Source: Lophium mytilinum
Lineage: Eukaryota
Assembly: GCA_010093605.1 (NCBI GenBank)
Contig: MU004187.1
Location: 1,434,018 to 1,498,017, forward strand
Direction: 5' to 3'
DNA: 64,000 bases
This document shows, piece by piece, positions 51,430 through 63,442 of the stretch (its first letter is position 1; every line of letters starts with the position of its first letter). The position numbers were made by a program, and so were the translations under genes. The notes below the pieces were generated by a model. The model was not told where the DNA came from. It searched no databases and saw nothing but the letters and a program-made list of their open reading frames with translations.

Positions 51430-53832
51430 TCATTGGGCATTCCGGGCCTGCTTCTTGGCATTGACGGCACCCCTATTCAACTTCCGAATGAAGTCGTTCT
51501 TTATGCCCTTCTGCTTGAAGTCCTTGTTCCTACTCTTGTTATATTCAATGTAAGCCATGTCCTGGCCACCGCTAAGCTCGCTCAATGTGCCCGCCATTCG
51601 CCGAGCGCCAGGCTTCTTCTTGTGTCCACCAGCCTTGTACTTTCCAAACATGTCGCCATCGATATGCTCGGCTTCGCCATCGGCATCCTTGGCCATTAGT
51701 ACGTCCACAAGAAGCTCACGTCGGTCTTGGGGCGTGTAGAACGCAAGATCGGAGCGCTCTTGAAGACCCTCGAGACGCGTGATGACTTTGAAGGCGTAGC
51801 CTTGATCGACCAAGAAGGCCTGACGCTTTGAAGAGTAATACATCTCAACTGTGTCCTTGGACACGAGGGAATAGAAGAAGGCATTGAAACCTTCGTCGTT
51901 ACGGCGCTTGGCTCTTAGAATACGTCCCAACCGCTGTGCTTCTTGACGACGAGATCCGTAGTGAGACGAGATTTGGATGAGACAGGTCGCTTCCGGCAGA
52001 TCCAAGCTTGTGTCCCCGATCTTGGATAGGAAGATAGTGTTTACCTCGGGGTTGTGCTGGAAGTTCTCCAGGATTGTGAGTCGCTCTGCTTGCGGTGTAT
52101 CGCCAAAGATGTAAGCCTTGTGGAGCTTCTGAGCGTATTTCTGGAGCGCATAGACATTGTCCGAGAAGACGATGATCTTATCGCCTCGTTTCTCATGATA
52201 ATCAATCAAGTATTGGCAGTTCTGGAACTTTTTGGGATTCATGATCGAAAGCAGCCCTTTCTTCTGAACAGATGATGCCTTCAGGTACTCCGTGTAGAAC
52301 TCAGGGGTCATCTGGCACCAGACTTCGGCACACTGGACTTTGGCAATATGTCCCTGCTCAGCGAGTTCCTGCCAATTAGCCTCGTACAATTTGGGCCCGA
52401 TGAGGAAGTTGAGATCGTCGATTTTGTCGTCCTCGCGGAGGAGCGTAGCGGTCAGGCCCAGCTTCGAGTGAGATGCAATCGAGTACGTGACTTTCTTGAA
52501 AATATTCGCGGGCACGACGTGCACTTCGTCGGCAATGAGCAAGCCCCATTCTCGTGATCGAATGAATTCCATGACTTTTTCGGCATCGTATGACCTATTC
52601 CGGGAGGACGAAATCATGGTATATGTGCTAATGATAACACCGGCATTTCTGGGAAATTTGTTCTTGCTCTCTGAGGTGAAAACAGCAATGTCGTCTGGAT
52701 TTATGTTGGACCACTTGATGAATTCCGCCCTCCATTGCACTACAGACATGGCACTCGTGCAAAGGACCATGGTGGATTTCTGAACCGTGCAAGCAGCGGT
52801 AATACCCACCAACGTCTTGCCAGCGCCGCATGGAAGAACGATGATCCCAGAACGGGCTCGTCCATTTCCAAACATTTTGTTCAGCGCTCGTTCTTGGTAG
52901 TCCCGAATTTGGGTGCCGGGTTTCAAATTGATTTCCAAAGAAGAATTCATATTATCCTGGCTGAAATCATATTCCTCGGTAAGAGGCGTTCCTATCTCAC
53001 GACATTTTTTTACTACTCGTTCTCTGTCCTCGCCGATGATTTGGAAGGAGTGCACCCGATCAATTTCTTCCTCGTCGTCGTCCTCCCTCAGTGTTGCAAG
53101 CATGTCCTCGGCTTGTCGCTGCACACCTGGTTGTGCGACCTGATTGGCACCAGCAGCCAGTTTTGTTCCTGGTATAGCCAGATTCCCCATTTTTGGTGCA
53201 GCCTCCTGCACGAAGCCTTCAGCACCGCTTGTCCTGCACTCGGCAATAACGGGATCTCGTAAAAGTTCCTGCAGAATGGCGGGATCTGTGCTCTCTATGA
53301 AGTATTTCGTGTCCTTGAGCACGATTCTTGCTTTTCCAAAAGAGGACGTAGACTCTTGTATGAAGGTCCGCACTCCTAAGGGCAAGGATGTCTTCGAATA
53401 GTAATCCAATTGCTTAATGATATCCTCCGTCGTAAGGCCCACAGACATAGCTGCAAACAAGCTATGAGCGGTCAACGAATATTCATGGATTCGGGAGACA
53501 CGCGACTGTGGTTCAGCGATGACGATAAGGAAGGCTTGGGCATCCTGAAATGCAGGACTGAACGACTCCATAATGATATGGCCAGCGTCGTCAACCCAGA
53601 TAGGCCGACTAGCATGATCGGGCTTCAGGTCAGCGTCCCACTGGTCGCACTTCTTAAAAAGATGAGACGCCGCATCGACTACGTGGGTTGCCCGCTCCTG
53701 TTTAACTCTCGCCACCACATCGTATTTTGTCTTGAGACGCTCAAAGTCCTCCTGATCGCTCAGTGGCGGTTCATCCGACTCGTACTCATCGCTGCTGGGT
53801 GCCTGCGTCTGCGCCTTTCGCTTCGGAGGCAT
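51430..53832 (-). CDS. SSL2: TFIIH helicase XPB
   Basis: IAEPQSR, SGIIVLPCGAGKT, DEVH, GLTATLLREDD, GDTSLDLPEA, QRLGRILRAK. Intronless; ATG at MPPKRK. Confidence 0.97.
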   Translation of the reverse strand: MPPKRKAQTQAPSSDEYESDEPPLSDQEDFERLKTKYDVVARVKQERATHVVDAASHLFKKCDQWDADLKPDHASRPIWVDDAGHIIMESFSPAFQDAQAFLIVIAEPQSRVSRIHEYSLTAHSLFAAMSVGLTTEDIIKQLDYYSKTSLPLGVRTFIQESTSSFGKARIVLKDTKYFIESTDPAILQELLRDPVIAECRTSGAEGFVQEAAPKMGNLAIPGTKLAAGANQVAQPGVQRQAEDMLATLREDDDEEEIDRVHSFQIIGEDRERVVKKCREIGTPLTEEYDFSQDNMNSSLEINLKPGTQIRDYQERALNKMFGNGRARSGIIVLPCGAGKTLVGITAACTVQKSTMVLCTSAMSVVQWRAEFIKWSNINPDDIAVFTSESKNKFPRNAGVIISTYTMISSSRNRSYDAEKVMEFIRSREWGLLIADEVHVVPANIFKKVTYSIASHSKLGLTATLLREDDKIDDLNFLIGPKLYEANWQELAEQGHIAKVQCAEVWCQMTPEFYTEYLKASSVQKKGLLSIMNPKKFQNCQYLIDYHEKRGDKIIVFSDNVYALQKYAQKLHKAYIFGDTPQAERLTILENFQHNPEVNTIFLSKIGDTSLDLPEATCLIQISSHYGSRRQEAQRLGRILRAKRRNDEGFNAFFYSLVSKDTVEMYYSSKRQAFLVDQGYAFKVITRLEGLQERSDLAFYTPQDRRELLVDVLMAKDADGEAEHIDGDMFGKYKAGGHKKKPGARRMAGTLSELSGGQDMAYIEYNKSRNKDFKQKGIKNDFIRKLNRGAVNAKKQARNAQ

Positions 53833-54501
53833 GTGGAACGCGCGTTCGGACGTGCGAGGCAGAGCAGGTAGAGCGGGAGATGGCAACTATGTCGAAGAGC
53901 GGGCGTAGCGACGACGGTGGTTGAGGATGGACGGGAGGTGAGCAGATGAGGAGTGAAAGAAAGGCCTGGAGGACAATTGAAGGCGAATCCTAATGCCAAG
54001 CAATCAGGCAGGGCAGTGTCCTTAGCGTAAGCTGGAGCGGAGGGTTTCCGCAGAGCCTCACCTGAGTAGGGCTAGAGGGAAACTTAGCACTACTGTTCGA
54101 TTACCTGTGATCCGTCTTTTGAATGCAGAGAAGCTGAGCTGTAGTGGTTTCTGGGTGTCTTTATCCCCTTTGATCCTTTGATATTCAGGGTGTCTGATGA
54201 GAAATCACCTTTTAAAACAATTTACCTGTGCCCCCTCAATGGTCTGCTCTACTAGAGCAATATCTTGAATATGCTTTGATATGACCATTGGATGACGATG
54301 TTCACTTTGTACTGAAGCGAGATAGAATACTGGACTAAAAATGGTGAATTTCCGAAGACTCGAAAGTAAAATTCAGAATGCACCGCCACAGCTCCATGTC
54401 TCGGGCCGTTTAATGTGAGGCTGCCCGCGACCACCTCCACCATAATCCATGCTTGTGCATACCAACAACCAACACCAGAAAGCGATGTGAAATGAATACT
54501 G

Positions 54502-57500
54502 ATGGGTGCCTCCGACTCCAAACTCGTCTTCAAGCAAGGCATCTTCCGTCTTTCGGAGCAGAAAGGCATTCGAGCAGATGATCCCTACTGGACAGGTGTA
54601 AGTCAACTCTAGCAGCGAACGGGAATCTTGCTAACCGACCCTTTGGCAGTTCTGGGAGCTACCAGAGTCTGCAGAGGATGTTTTCTCCCTCTTCTCGCCC
54701 GCCGACATCCGCCGGACGAGAGACAACCACTTGGAAAACCTCGAAACGCTCATCCTAGCTGTCACTTCGAAGTTGATCGCTCTCCGCAATCACCCCTCGT
54801 TCCCAGACCCTGAAATTGCCCCAGAGAAGGATGCACTGAACTGCATACGGGTCCTCACGCGACTGCTACCCTATATCTACGAAGCGGATCACCTGGCGGC
54901 TTGGGAAGATAGATTCTTTTGGGGAGCCAGGCGCAAGCGCAGCAGGCGGGGACAGTTGGCTCGATCAGAGGTCATATTCGATGAGGCAGATCCGGACCAG
55001 ACTCCGACGCAGGATGAACCTGAGTTTGAGGATGCCAAACCCCTGGCAGAAGAGCTTATCGATACGCTCATTGATTTGCTCTTCTTTTCGGAGTTCACGT
55101 TGCCCAAGTCTGCACCCGGCAAGAGCAAGGTTACATATGCGATATGGCAGAGCGGAGTAGGTTGTAACACACCGGTTAGCACAACGAAGGAGTTCGAGAA
55201 CAACAGGACCGAGATATTACGGCTATTACTCACATTCGCAAGCAAGTCGATGTACATGTCAGCGAGTAGGTGCATTGCATTACGTTAACCAACAAGATCT
55301 AACTCAAATTAGATGTGCTACCCGTCACGGGAGTCAAAGCAATAACATATCTCACGAAGTGCTCTGACAAGCAAGTTGTCTTGTCCGTACTTTGCTCGCT
55401 TCTCAATACTGTACGCAAGACTGAGAACACCCGAGGGCGCTACTGATAGTATATAGACACTGAAATACAACCCCGCATCCTGGCGTGTGCCATACGATCA
55501 CGTCGTGTTCAAGGACCCCAAGCAAGTACTCGTTCAGTACTGCTTGCAACTGCTTCTGGTCTTGGTCCTTTACCCAATTCCAGAACCAGGCAATGGCCCT
55601 CCACCAAAGAACTTCTTTCGTCACTTCCTCGGGAGGCTTCACCGACCACAGGACTTTCAATTCTTAGTTGACGGAATGACTAGGATTCTAAACCAGCCAG
55701 TGAGTTTATCTTGGCTCAAACCTGACAACAGCAGCTGATTTCTGTAGCTACAAGCAACATCATCCTATCTACCAGGAAGCCAAAAGTCGTTGACTTGGGC
55801 ACCAGAGATGATTATGCTATTCTGGGAGGCCCTCCAGTGTAATAAGCGGTTCCGGTCATTTATCATCGACACAGATCGTGCCCACGACTTCGTCGTGTTG
55901 GTATTGTTCTATGCAATCGACCAGCGAAATGATCCTTCTAAACAAGGCCTCATTAGGATGTGTGTATTCGTTCTTCAGACCTTGAGCGTGGAGCCAAATT
56001 TCGGAAGGAGCTTAAACAAGCCATTCGAGGGTCAAGAAACTCTCCCAGCTAGTATCAGAGTCCCTAATTTCCACGGCACATATGCGGACTACCTTATCAC
56101 AGTAAGCAGTGGCAATCAAGATAAATGCGGGGATTGCTTTTAGCTGACCGTTTTAGTCCATTTATACTTTACTCACGACCAGCAAAGGAAAGCTGGACGC
56201 GATTTACCCAGCTCTTCTGGCGATCATCAACAACATCGCCGCATACATAGAGGACATGGGAAGAGCTACTAGCTCGAAGCTTTTGCAACTTTTTGCGTCA
56301 ATGTCATCGCCCAGTTTCCTGTTTGCCAATGAGGGAAACCATTTGTTACTTCAATCATTGTTGGAGGCTTTGAATGCCATCGTTGAGCACCAGTATGCAA
56401 GTAAGTGTGGCAGCAATACATGGTACCTACAACACCTAACCATTACTTTCTAGAGAACGCCAACCTGATTTATTCCATATTACGCTCGAAGAAGCGGTTC
56501 CAGGCCCTGCGCGACTTCACGTTGGAAAGCGCCCAAGAAGAGATTGAGCGTCAAATTCAGCTGAAGAAGGAGCAAGGTGAGGGTGGCATTGCAAGACGCG
56601 CAGATTCGATGGACAGCTTGAGGAGCCCGGTCAGCGCGAGAGCGCCATCTCTGAGCAACGTGCCAGAAGAGAATAGCGCGTTTGCCATAGGAGATGACGA
56701 AGACTCTGACGACGAAGGCCACCATTCAGCTCCTCTGTCGCAATCACCTGAGCAATCCGGAATCACCTCAAGGACAGCGTCTGTTTCCTCTTCTGTCGAT
56801 GATGCCGTTCCCCTGCAACTTCGCGGCATGTCAGAGAAAGCTCGGGGCAAGATGCCTGTGGGCCACCCATCCTTCTCTCGGCAGAACAGCACCACAAGCC
56901 TTGCCAGCGTTTCGACGCCGGTTCTTGGCTCGAATGAATTCTTCACCCCCACAGGTCCCTGGGTAAGTCAAGCCGCCCGTTTCATCATTCCCGCTCAAAT
57001 CACTCCTTCGGACTCGCCGCTCTAACATAAGCAACCTAGATCGAATCCTGGCTAGTCGAATTGCCACTCCACACCATCCTAACCTTGATTGCCGAGCTGG
57101 GCCCCCAAATCCCGGCATCTACAGGCACTGCCGACAGCACCGCCACAGCCCTATCCGCGATCCGCCACGCGCGGGTCCGCGGCATCGACCCTGCGCCCAT
57201 CCGCGTCCACCTCTTCGAGTGGTCTCCGCTGAGCCTGGGCTGGTACGAGTCGCTGCTATGGGGCTTCGTGTTCGCGGGCGAGATGCTTGTCGCCAAGGGC
57301 ACGGCGGGCGTCTGGAACGGGACCGCAATCCGCCTCTTCAAGGTGCAGGAGGCCGCTGCGCAGACGCCCACGCTGTTGGCTCCGCGCGGTGCGGTGGATG
57401 CGGTAGGTTCCAACCTGGTGCAGAGGATTGGAAGCCTCAATTTGAGGGGCGCGGCCACTCAGGGCGCGCCGCGGGGGGCCGGCAGCGGAGCTGTGGGGGG

Positions 57501-57543
57501 TGGCAATGGGGCAGGTGGTGCTGGTGCGGTGAGAGATGTGTAG
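54502..57543 (+). CDS. HID1: HID1/Ecm30-family Golgi protein
   Basis: MGASDSKLVFK myristoylation-type start, LNCIRVLTRLLPYIYE, IWQSGVG, RFIIDTDR region, VWNGTAIRLF. Multiple introns. Confidence 0.9.
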
Positions 57544-58190
57544 AACAAGAACAGAACTAGTCCCGGGCGTTGGCCAGAAGGCGGAACAGCGGGAAGCTTA
57601 ATGGCAGGAAGCTAGGCGTGGAATGGGGCAACGGTCCAGGGTTCGACACGGCCAGCTTGCTTTGCCATGAAATGGAACGGGGAGTTTATTCAGAGTGTAG
57701 CATGGCGTTGATTGGTGTGTGTGGTCCTGCAGCTTAAAATCCAACCTGCCCTGTTTTCCAACCACCCTTGAGCGTTTGCGGTCGATCAGGCGTCGGCTCT
57801 TCTCTTCTGACGTTCGCTTCAGGGCCCGAAGCGAGGGCCGCGCCACAGATTGAGGCTGTGCTGTGGCGAGAATGGCACGCTTCGGTATCAAGATCACCGG
57901 GCGCTAGCCAACGGCGCGCGCTGGTGTGGCATTCTAGAATACCTGCCGTTCTGAAGCCAGAGATGTGGAGACGCGCGGTACCTGGGGTGTTCTTGGGGAG
58001 CTGCATTGGATAGGGGGCGAGGGTCATGGGTGAGCATGGGCTACGTGGTGTCCGACACGGCCTTGCGCTGTGGCTTGCTGATCTCGATGGGTACTTGTAT
58101 TATTATGGCGTCCCGGCGCGTTATTGCAATGGTGGTACTTGCTCATGCGTGTGTGTTTGGCTTATTGTTATGCGTTGATTGTTGTTTTCT

Positions 58191-60307
58191 ATGGCCCAGA
58201 TGGCGATCAATGTTGCCGTAGATGGGGCGGTGGGTGAGGATGCTGTTCAGCCTTATGGGATGCATGTGAGTTTCTTCTGAAGTAGCTGGTTGCCGAGCCG
58301 TTCTAATTGAGACGTAGGTATCTTCACGATATCTGGACCTTACGAAACGAAAGTTGGAGTTGACGAGGTTGCCGAGGGAGCTTCAGCTACCCGAGAAGAG
58401 GCGGTGGGATTATGGGACGCCGAAGGCTGTTTTGGAGCCGTTGATTGACTTTTGGTGAGTTCAAGAAACCGTCACTGATCTGTGCACACTTCTACCACTG
58501 TTTGCGATCTATGAACCGAAGCGTAGAGCGGTAGATCGCACGTCTAGTCTGCGTACACCTGTCTGCCACTGTCTCAGATGAAGAGCAGACTTTTCGAGTT
58601 GTTCAAGATGATGAACTTCGAGGTTCTGACAATGCAATAAGATCCTTCAAACAGTGGCAGATGAACGTACACAGATTTATGACGAGGCGGTGTGGTTGAA
58701 GGCTAAGAGATAGTGGAAAGAAGCAAGAGTAGAAAGAAAGGGGTATATAGTTATGAAGGTTGGCTGACGAACGAGCAGGCTTGAGCACTACGACTGGCGC
58801 ACCCAGGAGACTCTTTTCAACAACGCGCTCCCGCAGTTTCGAACGACCGTTCATCTAACGCCCTCCAAATCCGAAGACGTGGTTCATACCTCAGATGCGA
58901 CGCCTACACAGGCTACTTTCTCCGAGTCAACTTTGCCCCAACAGATCAACTCTCCAATAACGCCAACTCATCCAGCTCCCACAACTTTTCCTACAATCGA
59001 CTCGTCTTCATCCTCAGCTCATCCACCCCTACGCGTTCACTTCGTCCATAAGCGCAGTAAACACAGGAAAGCGATCCCGCTTCTCTTCTGTCACAGCTGG
59101 CCATCCTCGTTTGTGGAGCCTTACAAGATTATCGACGCATTGACAGATCCAGTCAGCTTGCCTAGCTATGGAACGGGAGCTCAGCAGGCCTTTCACGTTG
59201 TTGTGCCCAGCATACCCGGTTTTGGCTTTAGTGATGCAAGTCCAGTGGAAGGCTTTGGGCTTCGAGAGACAGCGAACGCGTTCCACGAAGTAATGGCGAG
59301 ATTAGGGTACGCGGATAGTGGCTATGTCGTTTGTGGTTCCGGATGGTAAGCTCTTTGAGCGGTTCTTTTGTCTCCAGCTTTTGGACTTAACAGCTCTAAC
59401 AATGTGATCTATTAGGGGCTTCGCCATCTGTCGAGCATTAGCGATCTACCACCCACAACACTGCCTCGCAATCCACACCACCAACCCTTCACTGGTAGCA
59501 CCGGCTTTCAAGAAGAGCCCGATGGCATGGCTGAAGTACCATGTTGCTCGTGTAACGCGCGCGCGACTATCCTTCTTGAGTTTCGGATACCTTCGCTCAG
59601 ATTTCACTCAACCTGAAGCGACGAAAGCCAAGCCAGAACGCGATCTGGGAATGCTCAAGGAGAGATTCGACTCTTCAGAAGCAACTCTTGCCTCTCAATA
59701 TAGCCAGCGGCCCCAGACAGTCTCATATTCGCTTTGCGACTCCCCGGCAGGACTGCTCTCATGCGTCCTTGACGCGGTTCATTCACGGTCCAGTTCCACG
59801 CCCCAATCATCACAACAGCGCTCGCCTTTTCTATCGCCAGCGGAACTTCTGGGGGACCGCGACATCGAAATGCAAGTTCAAGAAATGCCTCGTCCAGAGA
59901 TCCCCATGAGCCCGCGCGAGAGCGAGACGAATGGAAGAGACTACACCTGGACACCAACCGAGATTCTCTCCTGGACCATGATGCAATGGCTACCGGGCCC
60001 AGAGGCCGGTCTGAGATGGCTCAAACAAGCAACTCTAGACTCTGCAGCGGACCACCCTAGCTTCTGGCAGTACAGTCCAGTTCCTCTTGGCATTAGCCAT
60101 TTCCGGCGCAGGGGTGGTACGGACGAGGACAGCCCTCTCATGTGGGCTACGTCCTCTCACAGACTCGAGTGGCTAAAGAGGCACCGGCGTAGTGCACGGT
60201 GGCCGGCGTGGGAAACACCAGATCTGTTGGTGCTGGATCTCAGAGAATGTTTTGGGGGCATGGCCGAGAGAGGACTAGTGCGACTACGAAGAGACGAAGA
60301 AGAATGA
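58191..60307 (+). CDS. Microsomal epoxide hydrolase-like alpha/beta hydrolase with degenerate catalytic motifs
   Basis: LELTRLP..WDYGTP..FW/LEHYDWR, HFVHKRS, IPLLFCHSWP, FHVVVPSIPGFGFSD, RPQTVSYSLCDSPAGLL. Introns ~58267-58317, 58455-58778, ~59346-59415. Confidence 0.85.
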
Positions 60308-61217
60308 TTTCGGTACGGCCAATACCACAGCCATGAGAGGTTCCCGGAACAGGACCAGAGGCATGTGAAACGTGGGGTCCATTCTGCGTTTAGACGCGAA
60401 GGGCAGGGAGTTGCGGGTGGATACGGCGTCGCGGGTGAGATGGCGAATCTAGGGCTGGGCTTTGGACCGGGAGGCAGATGCTGACCGAGGAGACATGATT
60501 GAGTGTATATACATGGGTCGTTCGGCGTTTCTGGAGTTCGGAAGAGGAGACTTGAAGGAAGATACATATAAATTAGGGCATCAGGAGGCGGATATATTAC
60601 GAGTGCTACGAAGGATAGATACATAATACGTAATGGAACAAGTCAGAACACCTTTACCTACATACATGCGAAATTCAGCACTAAGTATGCTTTTCCATAA
60701 ACAGAGCATCGAGCATGGCGTTTACGGGGCCGTAGAGATCGCGTTAGTGGCGAGGATCGAGTGAAAAAGCTTTGCTCGTATAGTGTGCCGTACGTAGGGG
60801 CCGCAACTGGGCTTGTGCCAACAACGACGTCGCAGCGCCTGAATATTCCCTCACAAAAAGCCCAATATCTGCCTTCTCTGCCGCGACTCTGCACACAAAT
60901 CTCCTCCACCCCCTCCGTTCCACGGCTTGGACGTCCAATTCACCCTACCAATTCTTCCCCATTACTACTAGCAGCAAACTCTGCTTGCTCTTGCTTACTC
61001 TTGCTTGCAACTATCGCTGCCACACCTCTCAGCCGGCATCTCGCACCATTGAGCCACGCTTGCCTGGAGTCGCCTCTTGACTTCACAGATCGAAGAGCTC
61101 ACTAGCATTCTTGCCACATCTATCAAGCTGGCAGAACCAACGAGACCTCGCAATAATCACACTGCATAGGCCTAACAGCCCGCAGACCTCGACTTCTCTT
61201 GCTACCTGCGTTCGTCC

Positions 61218-61379
61218 ATGCGTCAAGAAGACCTAGTACGATTCCTATCCAAGCCTGGGAAGTGAGTATCGTGTGCTTCTCCTCCGCCTCTGTACTCTTC
61301 CTCACCTTCCCACAATTGCCAGCGTAGACAAACCCCTCTCCTAATTCGCTTGCTAACCCACCATCGCAGGCCCAGATAA
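61218..61379 (+). promoter_or_regulatory. Spliced AUG uORF (MRQEDLVRFLSKPGKPR*) spanning 5'UTR intron 61262-61369
   Basis: Canonical intron GTGAGT..GCTAAC..CAG; the only ATG between ~60720 and the AdoMetDC start. Confidence 0.6.
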
Positions 61380-61495
61380 CACCCCCTACTCCCACTTCGT
61401 TCAATCTACCATCAATACCCCAATAAGCAGATCTCCTCGTCTGCTGGACCCGATACTTTCCCAGGGTATCGGAATCTAGTCGCTCGAGGACTACA

Positions 61496-61558
61496 ACGAT
61501 AGTCACCATTTCTCGGCGCAAAGCGTCTTTTATTCCGCTCTCCGCTCGACCTCCATAA
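61496..61558 (+). promoter_or_regulatory. Candidate non-AUG uORF ending RPP-stop in the AdoMetDC leader
   Basis: In-frame ACG, ATA and ATT each with A at -3; peptide (M)IVTISRRKASFIPLSARPP*. Confidence 0.55.
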
Positions 61559-61781
61559 CGCCCTTTGGGTCGTTCAGCCAAATACACATTGCTGCTGGCA
61601 AAAGCCAGCCTCTAGAACACCCCCGCTCGTCGTGGGCCTTCTCTTCTCAGGCGGACACCGCATTGTTCGTCTGGGTGGCAGATTGTGCTTCACCGCCTCA
61701 CAGCCACAGCCCTCTCCATTCCAGCAAACACACTAGTCAATTTCAGGTGACCGCTCGGTGCTCGCATCCGAAACTACGGAG

Positions 61782-63442
61782 ATGGTCGTTACTGAGATCC
61801 CAAAACACTACACTGCTTCACCGTCCTCCCATGTCGGGACACCTCATTTGACTATCAATCGAGAGGCTACTATCGATCTCGATTCCAGCAATGCCTTTGA
61901 AGGTCTGTGTCATGGTACGAGTCTGTTAGCTCTAATATTAACATGCTTGTAGGACCGGAAAAGCTGCTAGAGGTGTGGTTCAGCTCCTCTCCAACCGATC
62001 TCCCAGGTGCTGCAGGACCTCTAGGCCTGAAAGGGGTTCCCGCAGACACCTGGAAGCAGATGCTAGACCTAGTCAACTGCAAAGTCTTATCCATCGTTGA
62101 GTCCGAACATGTCGATGCCTACTTGCTCTCCGAGTCCAGCATGTTCGTGTGGCCACACAAGCTGGTTCTCAAGACTTGCGGCACCACTACTCTCCTCTGG
62201 GGTCTTCCACGTATGTTGGAGATTGCTGCACTTGATGCAGGATTTCCCCATGTCACTGCTCAGCCTACTAGGGGAATCGCGGCGGCTGCTACCCCGTACC
62301 GCGTCTTCTACAGCCGAAAGAACTTCCTTTACCCAGACCAGCAGCGTGGACCTCACCGAAGCTGGCGCGACGAGGTTAGGTTCTTGGACCAGAGGTTCCA
62401 GGGCGGTAGTGCATACATGATTGGCAAAATGAATGGAGAACATTGGTACCTCTATATCACCGGTCCGGACACCAAACTCACGCCGCCTTCTACTCCGGAT
62501 CGAGAGTTCATGGACATCCCGGTGACAGAGACCAAGATAATCGACCATCCTCAGCGGTTGTTGGTCGCGAAAGGAGATGAGACGCAAGACGAGACTCTGG
62601 AAGTTCTCATGACTGATCTCGATGAGCAGAATGCACGTCAATTCTATCTCGAGGACGCGAGTGCGGTCGCGGAAGGTCGGTTCTTCCAGAAAGCTCGTGA
62701 TGCGCGTAAGAATGCAATCAACAGTTTGGGTGTAATCCCCGAAGAGAAAGGGTCAAGCGGCAGTCTAGGAGGTAGCACTCTTCCCAACACTCGTGCGCAT
62801 TCCGAGGACAGCTTTGATGTTTTTGAGCAAACATCTTCGGATCACTCTGGATTTAGCTCGGATGACGATGATCTAACTTTCCCCGAGGAGCTTACAACTG
62901 AAGGTCATACGCTCGGCACTGTTGTCTCCGAAACCTGCGGTCTGGCCGACGTCTACCCGACTGCTAAGTATCCGGATGCTCGTATCGACGCATACCTTTT
63001 CACTCCCTGTGGATTCTCTGCCAATGGTGTTATTCCTGCTCCTGGTGGGACTGTCAACACCAACGGCAAAGGTTCTGATGGATCGAATGCCACTCACTAT
63101 TTCACTGTCCACGTTACTCCTGAACCGCAGTGCAGCTATGCTAGCTTCGAAACCAACGTCCCAGCGCGGCAAAGCGGTCGTGAGACGGCAGAAGTTGTGG
63201 AGCATGTTGTCGATATTTTCAAACCTGGTCGTTTCAGTGTCACCATCTTCGAAACTAAGCCAGCCGATGAGGCCCACTACCAGGACGCAGTGAAGAGGAC
63301 GAGCAGAATGGATTGCATCAAGGGATATCGTCGTGTCGATCGCATTGTCCATGACTTGGATGGCTACGATCTAGTGTTCCGCTACTACGAGAGGGACGAC
63401 TGGAAGGGTGGCAAGCCTAGGCTTGGCGAGATGGATTACTAG
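61782..63442 (+). CDS. SPE2: S-adenosylmethionine decarboxylase proenzyme
   Basis: AFEG/PEKLLEVWF across intron 61903-61952; YLLSESS pyruvoyl cleavage site; LKTCGTT, PCGFSAN, TVHVTPE..SYASFETN. Confidence 0.96.

Noticed and set aside
57610..57660. GGTTCGA tRNA T-loop-like motif
   Set aside because: No cloverleaf or acceptor stem can be formed.
58549..58677. H/ACA snoRNA reading of the long intron (hairpin followed by ACA)
   Set aside because: No ANANNA hinge, and pocket-to-ACA spacing is about 9 nt instead of 14-16.
61123..61587. 154-aa minus-strand ORF
   Set aside because: Non-ATG start and no motifs; the plus strand carries a canonical intron and leader features.
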